A stretch of 36,562 nt of DNA from an uncultured Candidatus Saccharibacteria bacterium (GCA_964441885.1 CAYTVX010000002.1:1-36562); one strand, 5' to 3'; positions 1 through 7,206 are shown, numbered from the stretch's first letter. A program made the numbers and translations. The notes: generated by a model not told the origin, from the sequence alone.

Positions 1-167
1 GGAGAAAGCTCGGCAACGATTTTGAGAAGCATTGTGCAAAGTCCATATATAGCACCAGTAGGTTCGCCTTTTGTAGAAGCAAAATCTGGCAAAGCATGAT
101 ACGCACGATGAATAATAGCGTGCACATCAAGCAAAACTATTTTTTGATTTTGTTTTTTCTCAGACAT
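1..167 (-). CDS. 5'-3' exonuclease (FEN-like) domain of a DNA polymerase I family protein, N-terminal fragment; the gene continues past the window edge
   Basis: The reverse complement of 1-167 reads from ATG (165-167) as MSEKKQNQKIVLLDVHAIIHRAYHALPDFASTKGEPTGAIYGLCTMLLKIVAELS with no stop. The pattern LxDxHxxxxRAYHALP...G.PTGAIYG matches the conserved N-terminus of Pol I 5'-3' exonuclease domains. It is absent from the ORF track because it is truncated. Confidence 0.6.
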   Translation of the reverse strand, partial: MSEKKQNQKIVLLDVHAIIHRAYHALPDFASTKGEPTGAIYGLCTMLLKIVAELS

Positions 168-188
168 TTTTCGTGGTGGATTTTTAGA

Positions 189-644
189 CTACATATGGAT
201 ATCAAACTTTCTGGTGCTCTCATCCACAAAAGTACATATCACCTGTATGTGTTCATTTGGCATTCCCTTGTACACCCGCTCTGGCCATTCTATACAAATA
301 AGATTGTGCGGATCATTTAAAAGTTCCTCCCACTTTATGTGCGCGAGCTCTTCTGGAGATTCCATTCTGTATGCATCTATGTGAATCAAATTTGAAAAAC
401 AATTTTGTGTTTTTGTATCAAGCTCGTATCTTTTTTGTAAAACAAATGTTGGACTAACTACTTGGCTTTTTACACCAAGTGCTTTTGCAACACCCTGCAC
501 AAAAGAAGTTTTTCCAGAGCCAAGCTCACCATACAAACCCACAACGGTCGCCTTTCCTGGTGGAATTTGGCAAATTTTTAAAAGATTATTAACAAAATCT
601 AAGGCAAGAGATTGTGTTTCTGTAAGATTTTTTGTAACTGTCAT
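189..644 (-). CDS. tsaE: tRNA threonylcarbamoyladenosine (t6A) biosynthesis ATPase TsaE (YjeE family)
   Basis: 151 aa with the P-loop GELGSGKTSF followed by SPTF and HIDAYR motifs in the typical TsaE order. The size is typical. Confidence 0.85.
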   Translation of the reverse strand: MTVTKNLTETQSLALDFVNNLLKICQIPPGKATVVGLYGELGSGKTSFVQGVAKALGVKSQVVSPTFVLQKRYELDTKTQNCFSNLIHIDAYRMESPEELAHIKWEELLNDPHNLICIEWPERVYKGMPNEHIQVICTFVDESTRKFDIHM

Positions 645-650
645 ACGACA

Positions 651-659
651 ATACTATCA
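651..659 (-). promoter_or_regulatory. Extended -10 element TGaTAGTAT lying 6 nt upstream of the tsaE ATG (candidate leaderless promoter)
   Basis: The minus strand reads TGATAGTAT-tgtcgt-ATG. No purine-rich SD lies between. Confidence 0.4.
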
Positions 660-668
660 TAAACGAGA

Positions 669-699
669 GTGCGCCCCAGAGCCGAAGCTTGGGGCGCAC
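669..699 (-). terminator. GC-rich intrinsic terminator hairpin downstream of the lipoprotein gene
   Basis: The minus strand reads GUGCGCCCCA-AGC-UUCG-GCU-C-UGGGGCGCAC, a 10-bp GC stem plus an inner 3-bp stem with a UUCG loop. It is followed by UCUCGUUUAUGAU and starts 32 nt after the TGA at 731-733. Confidence 0.6.
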
Positions 700-730
700 G
701 TGAGAGTCTTTCCTCTCTGTCTTTCTCCTT

Positions 731-1417
731 TCACTTGCAGTTCTTGTTGTTCTGTCCGGGAGCCGTCCAGGGCTTGCCGTGACCATGATTGTTGTGGGTG
801 TTTTCCCAGTAGGTGGTGTCGCCACCATACCATTCCTGGTAAAACTCTGGGCCCCGGTTGTAACGCCAGTCGTTTCCATTGGTGCCAAACGACACGGTGG
901 CCCCGGCGCTAGCGCCAGCACTGAAACTGCTGCCACCGGAGTAGTAGTCACCAAACTGGTTGTAACCACCACCCCACGGAACACTCGCTGGTCGCTTGAG
1001 GTAGGTGCTTTCCTGCACCACCTGCACGCGCACCGGCTCCATGGGCTGTGTCCACACCAGCTGGCCATTGGCGCCAACCTGCGCCGAAGGGTAGTTGTTC
1101 ACCAGCACCACCGGTGCCTGGTTTTGCACAACAACCCCAACGGGCTGAGCAACACCCGAGTGGACGGCGGGTCCATCGGTTGGCGTCTGCGCCAACATGG
1201 TCAGGTGGGTAAACTCGGGCTGATCCCGAACCACACCGTCCGACCACATGAAGTGGCCAGGGCCATCTGCAGGACGAGCTTCCCGCTTCACTTCTGCGGG
1301 CAAAACTCGTGCGGCATAGGCGGTGGGACGGTCGATGTTGCCTTTGTCCACGACGGACGAAGCGCAACCACCGACCAACAAGAAAACCGAAACTGAGAGG
1401 ATGTAAATGAGCTTCAT
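731..1417 (-). CDS. Putative secreted lipoprotein of unknown family (Gly/Tyr/Trp/Asn-rich C-terminus), probably horizontally acquired
   Basis: 228 aa. The N-terminus MKLIYILSVSVFLLVGGCASS is a signal peptide plus lipobox (VGG|C). The SD GAAAGGA ends 8 nt upstream of the ATG. Synonymous codons are G/C-ending (AAC, CAG, GAC, GTG, CTG), unlike neighbouring genes. Confidence 0.7.
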   Translation of the reverse strand: MKLIYILSVSVFLLVGGCASSVVDKGNIDRPTAYAARVLPAEVKREARPADGPGHFMWSDGVVRDQPEFTHLTMLAQTPTDGPAVHSGVAQPVGVVVQNQAPVVLVNNYPSAQVGANGQLVWTQPMEPVRVQVVQESTYLKRPASVPWGGGYNQFGDYYSGGSSFSAGASAGATVSFGTNGNDWRYNRGPEFYQEWYGGDTTYWENTHNNHGHGKPWTAPGQNNKNCK

Positions 1418-1470
1418 GCGGTTTGTCCTTTCGGGGACTAGGGGTGTTCTGTGTATTTGTAACTATGTCA

Positions 1471-1499
1471 ATTATATCACAGAGAATATGCAAAGTCAA
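1471..1499 (-). promoter_or_regulatory. Near-consensus sigma70-type promoter TTGACT-17 nt-TATAAT (with TGn extension) facing the lipoprotein gene
   Basis: The reverse complement of 1471-1499 is TTGACTttgcatattctctgtgaTATAAT. It lies in low-G+C DNA about 50 nt upstream of the ATG at 1417. Confidence 0.5.
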
Positions 1500-1530
1500 G
1501 CGTGTTTTAGGGTATAGAGAAATGCTAGTA

Positions 1531-1536
1531 TATAAT
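1531..1536 (+). promoter_or_regulatory. -10 box TATAAT 6 nt upstream of the pilB-like ATG at 1543 (candidate leaderless promoter)
   Basis: Sequence is aatgctagTATAATctatatATG. There is no SD. Confidence 0.4.
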
Positions 1537-1542
1537 CTATAT

Positions 1543-3219
1543 ATGGTTCAATTTAACGAAGAAAAACAAAATCAAAGAGTAGAGGAACTAAAAAGACGTG
1601 AGGCAGAAGACCTAACACAGATACTGGCCACAAAATATGGCATCCCCTATCTAGACCTTGCCACTATTCCTATAAACATTGACGCTTTACGTGTGATAAA
1701 AGAAAGTGAGTCATTGGACGCTCAAGTGGCCGCATTTAATATTGTAGATAAAAAAGTACATTTGGGCCTACTATCTCCAAGCACAGAAAAAAGTTTGGCT
1801 GTAGTAGAGGATTTGAAAAAAAGAGGTTATACACCAATACTCTATCTTGTATCTCCTGAAAGTTTGAAAAAAGTTTGGGATAGATACAAAGATCTTTCCA
1901 TGTCTATGGAAACAAAGGGTGGCGCACTCGACATTTCAAATGAAGGAATTTTAGAATTACTTGAAAAAGTCACCACGCTTGATGAACTAAAAAAACTTAT
2001 AGAAGAAAGCTTGGGAGAGAAAAAAGCATATCGTATCTCTAGACTTCTAGAGACAATGCTGGCTGGTGCGCTTGCCAACAAAGCCTCTGATATACACCTA
2101 GAACCCGAAGAAAGCTACGTACGCTTACGATATCGTCTCGATGGTGTGCTTACAGATATAGTAAAGTTTGATACAGAAACATACAACCTCATTCTTTCTC
2201 GTTTGAAACTTCTTTCAAATCTAAAATTAAATATAAAAGGAAAAGCACAAGATGGTCGCTTTAGTATAAAACTCAATGATGATGAAATTGAAATCCGTAC
2301 ATCCCTTCTTCCTGGAGCATACAACGACTCAATCGTACTCAGAGTACTCAATCCAAAAGCTATATCTGTACCTTTAGAAGATTTGGGTATTCATCCACGA
2401 CTACTCGCCATACTACAAAACGAAATATCAAAACCAAATGGAATGATTCTCACCACAGGCCCCACCGGATCTGGAAAAACCACGACCCTTTATGCATTCT
2501 TAAAAAAAATTCACTCACCAGAAATAAAAATTATTACAATTGAAAATCCAATTGAATATCATTTACCTGGAATAGTACAAACGCAAACCGCCGAAGGATA
2601 CACCTTCCTTGAGGGACTGCGCTCTGCTCTACGACAAGATCCCGACGTGATAATGGTTGGTGAAATTCGAGATAATGAAACAGCAGAAATTGCCATAAAC
2701 TCAGCACTCACCGGACACTTGGTATTTTCAACACTTCACACCAACAACGCTGCGGGAGCTTTCCCCCGCCTCATCGACCTCGGTGTAAATCCAAAAGTAA
2801 TCACGTCTGCTATCAGTGTGTGTATGGCACAGCGACTAGTGCGAAAGCTTTGTGCTGATTGTAAAGCAGAAAAAACCCCAAGCGAAAAAGAAAAAGCTGT
2901 CATAGACAGAATAATAAATAGCATTGAAGACAAAACATATTTAGAAAAATTAGACTCTCAAAAAATGTGGGAAGCAAAGGGTTGTATAAAATGTAACTTC
3001 ACTGGATACAAGGGACGCGTGGGTGTATATGAAGCGATAAAAACTGACGAAAACATAGAAAAAATCGTTCAAGAAAATCCTAGTGAGAGAGAAATAAAAA
3101 AAGCCGCAGCCCCTCAACACATACTAGACATGCAACAAGATGGAATTATAAAAATTCTTCAAGGAATAACCTCTATAGAAGAGCTACAACGAGTAATAGA
3201 CCTTGAGGAGGAAAAATAG
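1543..3219 (+). CDS. pilB: Type IV pilus assembly / type II secretion ATPase of the GspE/PilB family
   Basis: Contains Walker A GPTGSGKTT, Asp box ITIENPIEYHL, Walker B DVIMVGEIRD and His box FSTLHTNNA. It also has the tetracysteine motif CADCK...CIKCNFTGYKGR and an N-terminal GspE_N-like segment (ATKYGIPYLDL). The track ORF starts at 1423, but M41 (1543) follows the TATAAT box, and the first 40 aa look like translated intergenic DNA. Confidence 0.85.
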   Translation: MVQFNEEKQNQRVEELKRREAEDLTQILATKYGIPYLDLATIPINIDALRVIKESESLDAQVAAFNIVDKKVHLGLLSPSTEKSLAVVEDLKKRGYTPILYLVSPESLKKVWDRYKDLSMSMETKGGALDISNEGILELLEKVTTLDELKKLIEESLGEKKAYRISRLLETMLAGALANKASDIHLEPEESYVRLRYRLDGVLTDIVKFDTETYNLILSRLKLLSNLKLNIKGKAQDGRFSIKLNDDEIEIRTSLLPGAYNDSIVLRVLNPKAISVPLEDLGIHPRLLAILQNEISKPNGMILTTGPTGSGKTTTLYAFLKKIHSPEIKIITIENPIEYHLPGIVQTQTAEGYTFLEGLRSALRQDPDVIMVGEIRDNETAEIAINSALTGHLVFSTLHTNNAAGAFPRLIDLGVNPKVITSAISVCMAQRLVRKLCADCKAEKTPSEKEKAVIDRIINSIEDKTYLEKLDSQKMWEAKGCIKCNFTGYKGRVGVYEAIKTDENIEKIVQENPSEREIKKAAAPQHILDMQQDGIIKILQGITSIEELQRVIDLEEEK

Positions 3220-3323
3220 TCAATTACACTACATTAAGAAACAGTTTTTAAAATTTACAATCTTGTAAAAAGTGCGTCCGTGTGAATAATTAGTAACCAG
3301 AGAGACTAAGTGGATACGAAAAA

Positions 3324-3490
3324 ATCCAAGGCATAAATCTCTAAACAACACTTTTAATATTCGTACCAAAAGTTAAATATTTCCCAAAGGATAACCCCAG
3401 CAAACCACACAAGGTGGTAACCAGAATGTCCTCTAAAGAGATACTACTAAGCCACAGGGGCTTCGTTGTTTAGAGATTTATATCTTGGAT
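3324..3490. repeat. 26-bp near-perfect inverted repeat (3324-3349 / 3465-3490) enclosing 115 nt with internal hairpins; candidate structured ncRNA or MITE-like element
   Basis: The left arm is atccaagGCataaatctctaaacaac. The reverse complement of the right arm is atccaagATataaatctctaaacaac, giving 24 of 26 paired. Interior hairpins are ACTTTT/AAAAGT, ACCAC-acaag-GTGGT and AAGCC-acagg-GGCTT. No ORF of 60 aa or more occurs in any frame across 3220-3662. Confidence 0.45.
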
Positions 3491-3530
3491 CTAAAAAGAA
3501 ACGCAGGCCACCTATAATATATAAGTGGCA

Positions 3531-3556
3531 ATAAAAATCAAGGCCTTTTCGCCTTG
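3531..3556 (-). terminator. Orphan terminator-like hairpin on the minus strand (CAAGGC-gaaaag-GCCTTG followed by AUUUUUAUU)
   Basis: A 6-bp stem (4 GC pairs) is followed by a T-run only in the minus orientation. No annotated minus-strand gene lies upstream of it. Confidence 0.3.
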
Positions 3557-3650
3557 GGCGCTTCCCTCCAACATTTATTTCAAAGACAACAAAAGCTTAG
3601 CATACAAATACAGAACTGTCAAGTATATATGGCTACCCGTGCTTTTTGTA

Positions 3651-3656
3651 TATAAT
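3651..3656 (+). promoter_or_regulatory. -10 box TATAAT 6 nt upstream of the ruvB ATG (candidate leaderless promoter)
   Basis: Sequence is tttttgtaTATAATtagcttATG. There is no SD. Confidence 0.4.
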
Positions 3657-3662
3657 TAGCTT

Positions 3663-4673
3663 ATGAAAAAGCCTTCTTCTAAAAAAGACTCAAATAGCAC
3701 TGAAGAATCTAGCGAGAAAGACCTAAATTCTCTAGATCAAACACTGCGCCCCTCAAAATGGAATGAGTATATTGGGCAAAAAAATATCAAAGATAACCTA
3801 CACATCCTACTCACCGCAGCACGCGAAAGAAATCATCCACCAGAGCATATTCTTTTTTACGGACCACCGGGGCTCGGCAAAACAACGCTAGCCCACCTCA
3901 TTGCAAAAGAAATTGGTGCACAAATAAAAATCACCTCCGGCCCAGCAATAGAAAAAATCGGCGACCTGGCGTCTATACTCACCAATCTTTCTCATGGTGA
4001 CATTCTTTTTATAGACGAAATCCACCGCCTCAACAAAACTATCGAAGAAGTGCTCTACCCTGCGATGGAATCGGGCGTGCTAGATATTATTATCGGCAAG
4101 GGCCCGTCTGCACGCACCATACAGCTAGAACTCCCCTTGTTTACACTCATATCGGCAACCACTCGTGTAGCACTCATCTCTTCTCCTCTACGTTCACGTT
4201 TTTCTGGAGGAATATTTCGACTGGAGTACTACAGCCAAAGCGAGATAGAAGAAATCGTGAAGCGATCTGCAAAAATACTTGATATAGAAATAGAAGACAG
4301 CGCCGTAAAAGAGATCGCGAAAAGAAGTAGGTTTACGCCACGTACAGCCAACTACTTTCTCAAACGTTGCCGTGATTTTGCACAGGTGCACAAGCAGTCA
4401 CTCACAAAAGAAATGGTAGACAAGGCCCTTTCCCTTCTCGGCATAGACGAAGTCGGCCTCTCACCATCAGACAGGACGATACTCGAAACGATAGCGAATA
4501 AATTTAAAGGTGGACCGGTGGGACTAAATACACTGGCGGCATCGCTCTCCGAAGAACAGGCCACGATAGAAGAATTCAATGAGCCCTATTTACTTCAAGT
4601 GGGATTTTTAGAAAGAACGCCACGCGGACGAACACTTACAGATGCTGGATATTTACACATTAAAAGAAAATAA
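3663..4673 (+). CDS. ruvB: Holliday junction branch-migration helicase RuvB
   Basis: 336 aa with Walker A GPPGLGKTTLA, Walker B ILFIDEIHRL and sensor regions. The C-terminal winged-helix segment EPYLLQVGFLERTPRGR is characteristic of RuvB. Confidence 0.92.
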   Translation: MKKPSSKKDSNSTEESSEKDLNSLDQTLRPSKWNEYIGQKNIKDNLHILLTAARERNHPPEHILFYGPPGLGKTTLAHLIAKEIGAQIKITSGPAIEKIGDLASILTNLSHGDILFIDEIHRLNKTIEEVLYPAMESGVLDIIIGKGPSARTIQLELPLFTLISATTRVALISSPLRSRFSGGIFRLEYYSQSEIEEIVKRSAKILDIEIEDSAVKEIAKRSRFTPRTANYFLKRCRDFAQVHKQSLTKEMVDKALSLLGIDEVGLSPSDRTILETIANKFKGGPVGLNTLAASLSEEQATIEEFNEPYLLQVGFLERTPRGRTLTDAGYLHIKRK

Positions 4674-4675
4674 AT

Positions 4676-5206
4676 ATGTCAGGACATAATAAATGGTCAC
4701 AAATAAAAAGACAGAAAGCAAAAACAGATGGACAGAAAAGTAAAGTCTTTGCTAAGTTTGCAAAAATTATTACACAAGAAGCAAAAAAAGGTGGAGGAAA
4801 CACAAGCGCGCCAGGTTTAAAGGCGGCTATAGATCGTGCACGCGCAGAAAATATGCCAAATGAAAACATCGACAGGGCTATCAAAAAAGCTACGACACAA
4901 GCGACAGACCTAGAGTCAATAACATACGAAAGTTATGGCCCAGGAGGGTGCGCTATAGTCATAGACGCCCTTACTGATAATAGAAATAAAGCCGCCCAAG
5001 AAATAAAACACATTCTCTCAGACAACGGTTTTGAGCTTGCGGGCATAGGTGCGGCGACATGGGCCTTTGAAAAGACGACGACGGAGGGTTGGGTACCAAA
5101 AACCACAATACCTATTTCAGAAGAAGACGGCGCCCTACTTGAAAAACTAATAAACGACCTCGAAGAAAACGACGAGGTTCAGGATGTTTATACAAATGCA
5201 GAATAA
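4676..5206 (+). CDS. yebC: YebC/PmpR family DNA-binding regulator (shortened form)
   Basis: The N-terminus MSGHNKWSQIKRQKAKTDGQKSKVFAKF and the C-terminus DEVQDVYTNAE are the family hallmarks. It is 176 aa, whereas family members are usually about 240 aa. Confidence 0.85.
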   Translation: MSGHNKWSQIKRQKAKTDGQKSKVFAKFAKIITQEAKKGGGNTSAPGLKAAIDRARAENMPNENIDRAIKKATTQATDLESITYESYGPGGCAIVIDALTDNRNKAAQEIKHILSDNGFELAGIGAATWAFEKTTTEGWVPKTTIPISEEDGALLEKLINDLEENDEVQDVYTNAE

Positions 5207-5693
5207 ATATACCAAGGTTATTTCTGTTGATCCTGGATATGAACGTCTAGGAATAGCGGTTGTAGAAAAAGACGGTGGAAAAAAAGAAGAACTTATATTT
5301 TCTGAGTGTTTTAAAACATCAGCAAAACTAAAACACGAAAAAAGGTTGGCACTACTTGGACAAGAAATAAAAAAAGTAATAAAAGAGTACGAGCCGACAG
5401 ATATGGCCATAGAAGAACTTTTTTTCAGCAATAATCAAAAAACAGCAATGCGCGTAGCTGAAGCTAGGGGTGTCATAATATACGAAGCATCTTTACAAAA
5501 CATTCAGGTTTACGAATACAAACCAGTAGAGATAAAAATGGCGGTGACAGGATATGGTAAGAGTACAAAAAATCAGGTGATCTCTATGGTAAAAAGACTT
5601 ATAAAAATACCACCAACAGTAAAAAACGATGATGAATTTGACGCTATAGCTACAGGCCTCACCCACACCGCCTCAAAGAGATTCTCCCAATAA
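5184..5693 (+). CDS. ruvC: Crossover junction endodeoxyribonuclease RuvC
   Basis: Contains VISVDPGYERLGIAV (first catalytic Asp), AIEELFF and the terminal DEFDAIATGL motif. An alternative start at ATG 5196 (MQNKY...) gives an 11-nt overlap with yebC. Confidence 0.85.
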   Translation: MFIQMQNKYTKVISVDPGYERLGIAVVEKDGGKKEELIFSECFKTSAKLKHEKRLALLGQEIKKVIKEYEPTDMAIEELFFSNNQKTAMRVAEARGVIIYEASLQNIQVYEYKPVEIKMAVTGYGKSTKNQVISMVKRLIKIPPTVKNDDEFDAIATGLTHTASKRFSQ

Positions 5694-5815
5694 ATAAGGG
5701 TTATCCACAAAAAATAAAGAACGCGTTTGCAAAAATTTTCATATTTGATACAAATAGTGGGTCTACGATAAAAATACAAAAAATCGTGGTCATTACAAGA
5801 TAATTTTATAATACT

Positions 5816-5941
5816 ATGGCAGATGAATTTGACGCTTTGAACGAGATAGATGAAGATGGTGTTGCGATACCTCCAGTGGGGGCAGATGACGAGGACGAAG
5901 AAGACGATGATGTGGTTGATACTGACGAAGAAACAATGTAA
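5816..5941 (+). CDS. Hypothetical 41-aa hyper-acidic micro-protein
   Basis: ATG 5816 to TAA 5939-5941 encodes MADEFDALNEIDEDGVAIPPVGADDEDEEDDDVVDTDEETM. It has 20 D/E and no K/R/H. TATAAT (5807-5812) lies just upstream and a strong hairpin terminator lies 10 nt downstream. It is below the ORF-track size cut-off. Confidence 0.3.
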   Translation: MADEFDALNEIDEDGVAIPPVGADDEDEEDDDVVDTDEETM

Positions 5942-5950
5942 CCAATAAAA

Positions 5951-5970
5951 AAACGACCACCCGGTCGTTT
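5951..5970. terminator. Bidirectional intrinsic terminator between the micro-ORF (+) and tyrS (-)
   Basis: AAACGACC-accc-GGTCGTTT is flanked by an A-run (5946-5953) and a T-run (5968-5975), so it is functional in both orientations. Confidence 0.6.
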
Positions 5971-5976
5971 TTTTAT

Positions 5977-7197
5977 TTATGACTCTATTTTAATTTTTAC
6001 AAAACGTCTTTTCCCTATTTTAAAAGTAGCGTCTTTCCACACAGTAAAAAGTGGGTCTGTAACACGAGTACTGTCATCCATATTTTGCACAGCCCCCTCT
6101 TCTACAAGACGTCTAAATTCTGCTTTAGACTTTACAATATCATTCACAAGAAGCGCATCAACAAGCACGGTGTTTGGCACCAAATTTATTTCCAAAACAT
6201 CTTCTGGCACAGAGCCTTTTTGAAAAGTATTTATAAAAGACTGTTTTGCTTTTTCTGCAAAATCTTTGCCGTGATACGTGGCAACAATTGCTTCTGCCAA
6301 TTTTATTTTTGCATCTCGTGGATTAAAACCCATCTCAAAGCTTTTTTCTATAGCATTAATTTCCGCCTCCGGCATATCAGTACATAAAAGAAAATACTTT
6401 GAAATGAGGTTGTCGCGAATAGACATAACTTTTCCAAACATATCGTTTGGCGCATCAGAAATGTTAATTACATTCCCCCAACTTGTAGACATTTTTCTTC
6501 CATCTGTTCCCTCAAGCATCTGCACGGTGAGCACATCTTGCTCTGGCTGCTTGTGATGCTTCTGTATAATTCTGCCGGCTTTTAGATTGAAAAGTTGATC
6601 AAATCCACTAATCTCCACATCTGCCTTTACCATCACAGAATCAAAACCCTGCATAAGTGGATACAAAAACTCACGAAGAGAAATCTCTTCACCCTTTTCT
6701 ATTCGCTCTTTAAAATTGCGTCGAGCAAGCATTTGTTGAACAGAAAAACTTTCAGCGAGCTGACATATTTCTTGAAAACCAAGCTTTGAAAGCCATTTAC
6801 TATTGTAGTAAAACTCAGCTTTTTTTAAATTTATAATTTTACCAACCTGTTTTTTATAATGCTTTAAGTTTTGTTTGATAATTTCCTTTGAAAGCATTGG
6901 CCGTTTATCTAGCTTGTCTGATGGATCACCAATCTGTGCAGTAAAATCACCGACGATAAAAACAGCGGTGTGACCAAGATCCTGAAGGGCCCGTAATTTT
7001 CTCAAGACGGCGGCACGGCCAATATGAATATTTGAACCGGTTGGATCAAAACCAAGCTTTACACGAAGTGTTTTACCAGAGAGAAGCTTCTTTTCAAGAC
7101 TGTCTTTTACAAAAATATCCTCAACTCCACGAGTGAGTATTTCATGTATTTTTTCTTTATCTGTACTTACGGTTTTCCCACCAAAAGGATTTTTCAT
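5977..7197 (-). CDS. tyrS: Tyrosine--tRNA ligase
   Basis: 406 aa with a HIGH-type motif (GSNIHIGRAA) and KMSKS-type motif (GRKMSTSWGN). The C-terminal S4-like domain (KAEFRRLVEEGAVQ) distinguishes TyrRS from TrpRS. Confidence 0.9.
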   Translation of the reverse strand: MKNPFGGKTVSTDKEKIHEILTRGVEDIFVKDSLEKKLLSGKTLRVKLGFDPTGSNIHIGRAAVLRKLRALQDLGHTAVFIVGDFTAQIGDPSDKLDKRPMLSKEIIKQNLKHYKKQVGKIINLKKAEFYYNSKWLSKLGFQEICQLAESFSVQQMLARRNFKERIEKGEEISLREFLYPLMQGFDSVMVKADVEISGFDQLFNLKAGRIIQKHHKQPEQDVLTVQMLEGTDGRKMSTSWGNVINISDAPNDMFGKVMSIRDNLISKYFLLCTDMPEAEINAIEKSFEMGFNPRDAKIKLAEAIVATYHGKDFAEKAKQSFINTFQKGSVPEDVLEINLVPNTVLVDALLVNDIVKSKAEFRRLVEEGAVQNMDDSTRVTDPLFTVWKDATFKIGKRRFVKIKIES

Positions 7198-7206
7198 AAT
7201 AAGGTT

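Larger units (their letters stand above)
665..1450. other. High-G+C compositional island (one gene with its own SD and terminator) embedded in low-G+C DNA
   Basis: Hand counts of 60-nt lines give 35/60 (1081-1140) and 37/60 (901-960) G+C inside the island. Flanking genes give 16/60 (361-420) and 24/60 (1621-1680). Three long overlapping shadow ORFs occur only here, as is typical of GC-rich DNA. Confidence 0.8.

Noticed and set aside
589-1499. Three further long ORFs in the high-G+C island (589-1077 minus, 779-1396 plus, 948-1499 minus)
   Set aside because: They overlap the 731-1417 ORF and have Arg/Pro/Gly/Cys-rich low-complexity translations typical of shadow frames in GC-rich DNA. They lack start-site signals. 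Only 731-1417 has a signal peptide plus lipobox, an SD and a terminator.
1423-1542. N-terminal 40-aa extension of the PilB ORF (MSFRGLGVFCVFVTMSIISQRICKVKRVLGYREMLVYNLY)
   Set aside because: It overlaps the divergent promoter region, contains the TATAAT box itself, and has no similarity to GspE N-termini. The conserved sequence begins after M41.
3220-3662. Assigning the spacer to RNase P RNA, tmRNA, SRP RNA or 6S RNA
   Set aside because: Some short resemblances exist, for example ACAGAAC at 3609-3615 and CCAGAGAGAC at 3297-3306. However, I could not find a GGAAAGUCC-type P4 strand with a complementary 3' partner, a tRNA-like TTCGA/ACCA end, or the SRP GGAA/AGCA domain IV motif. Identity is left open pending cmsearch.
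3220-3662. Decayed ruvA pseudogene directly upstream of ruvB
   Set aside because: The position is right for ruvA. However, all frames are full of stops, I could not recognise any RuvA-like peptide segment by eye, and the region is dominated by inverted-repeat structure. This cannot be supported without a translated profile search.
5701-5709. Perfect DnaA box TTATCCACA just after ruvC as a second origin or DnaA-titration site
   Set aside because: It is a single isolated 9-mer with no neighbouring boxes or AT-rich unwinding element. One such match in about 73 kb of two-strand sequence is plausible by chance.
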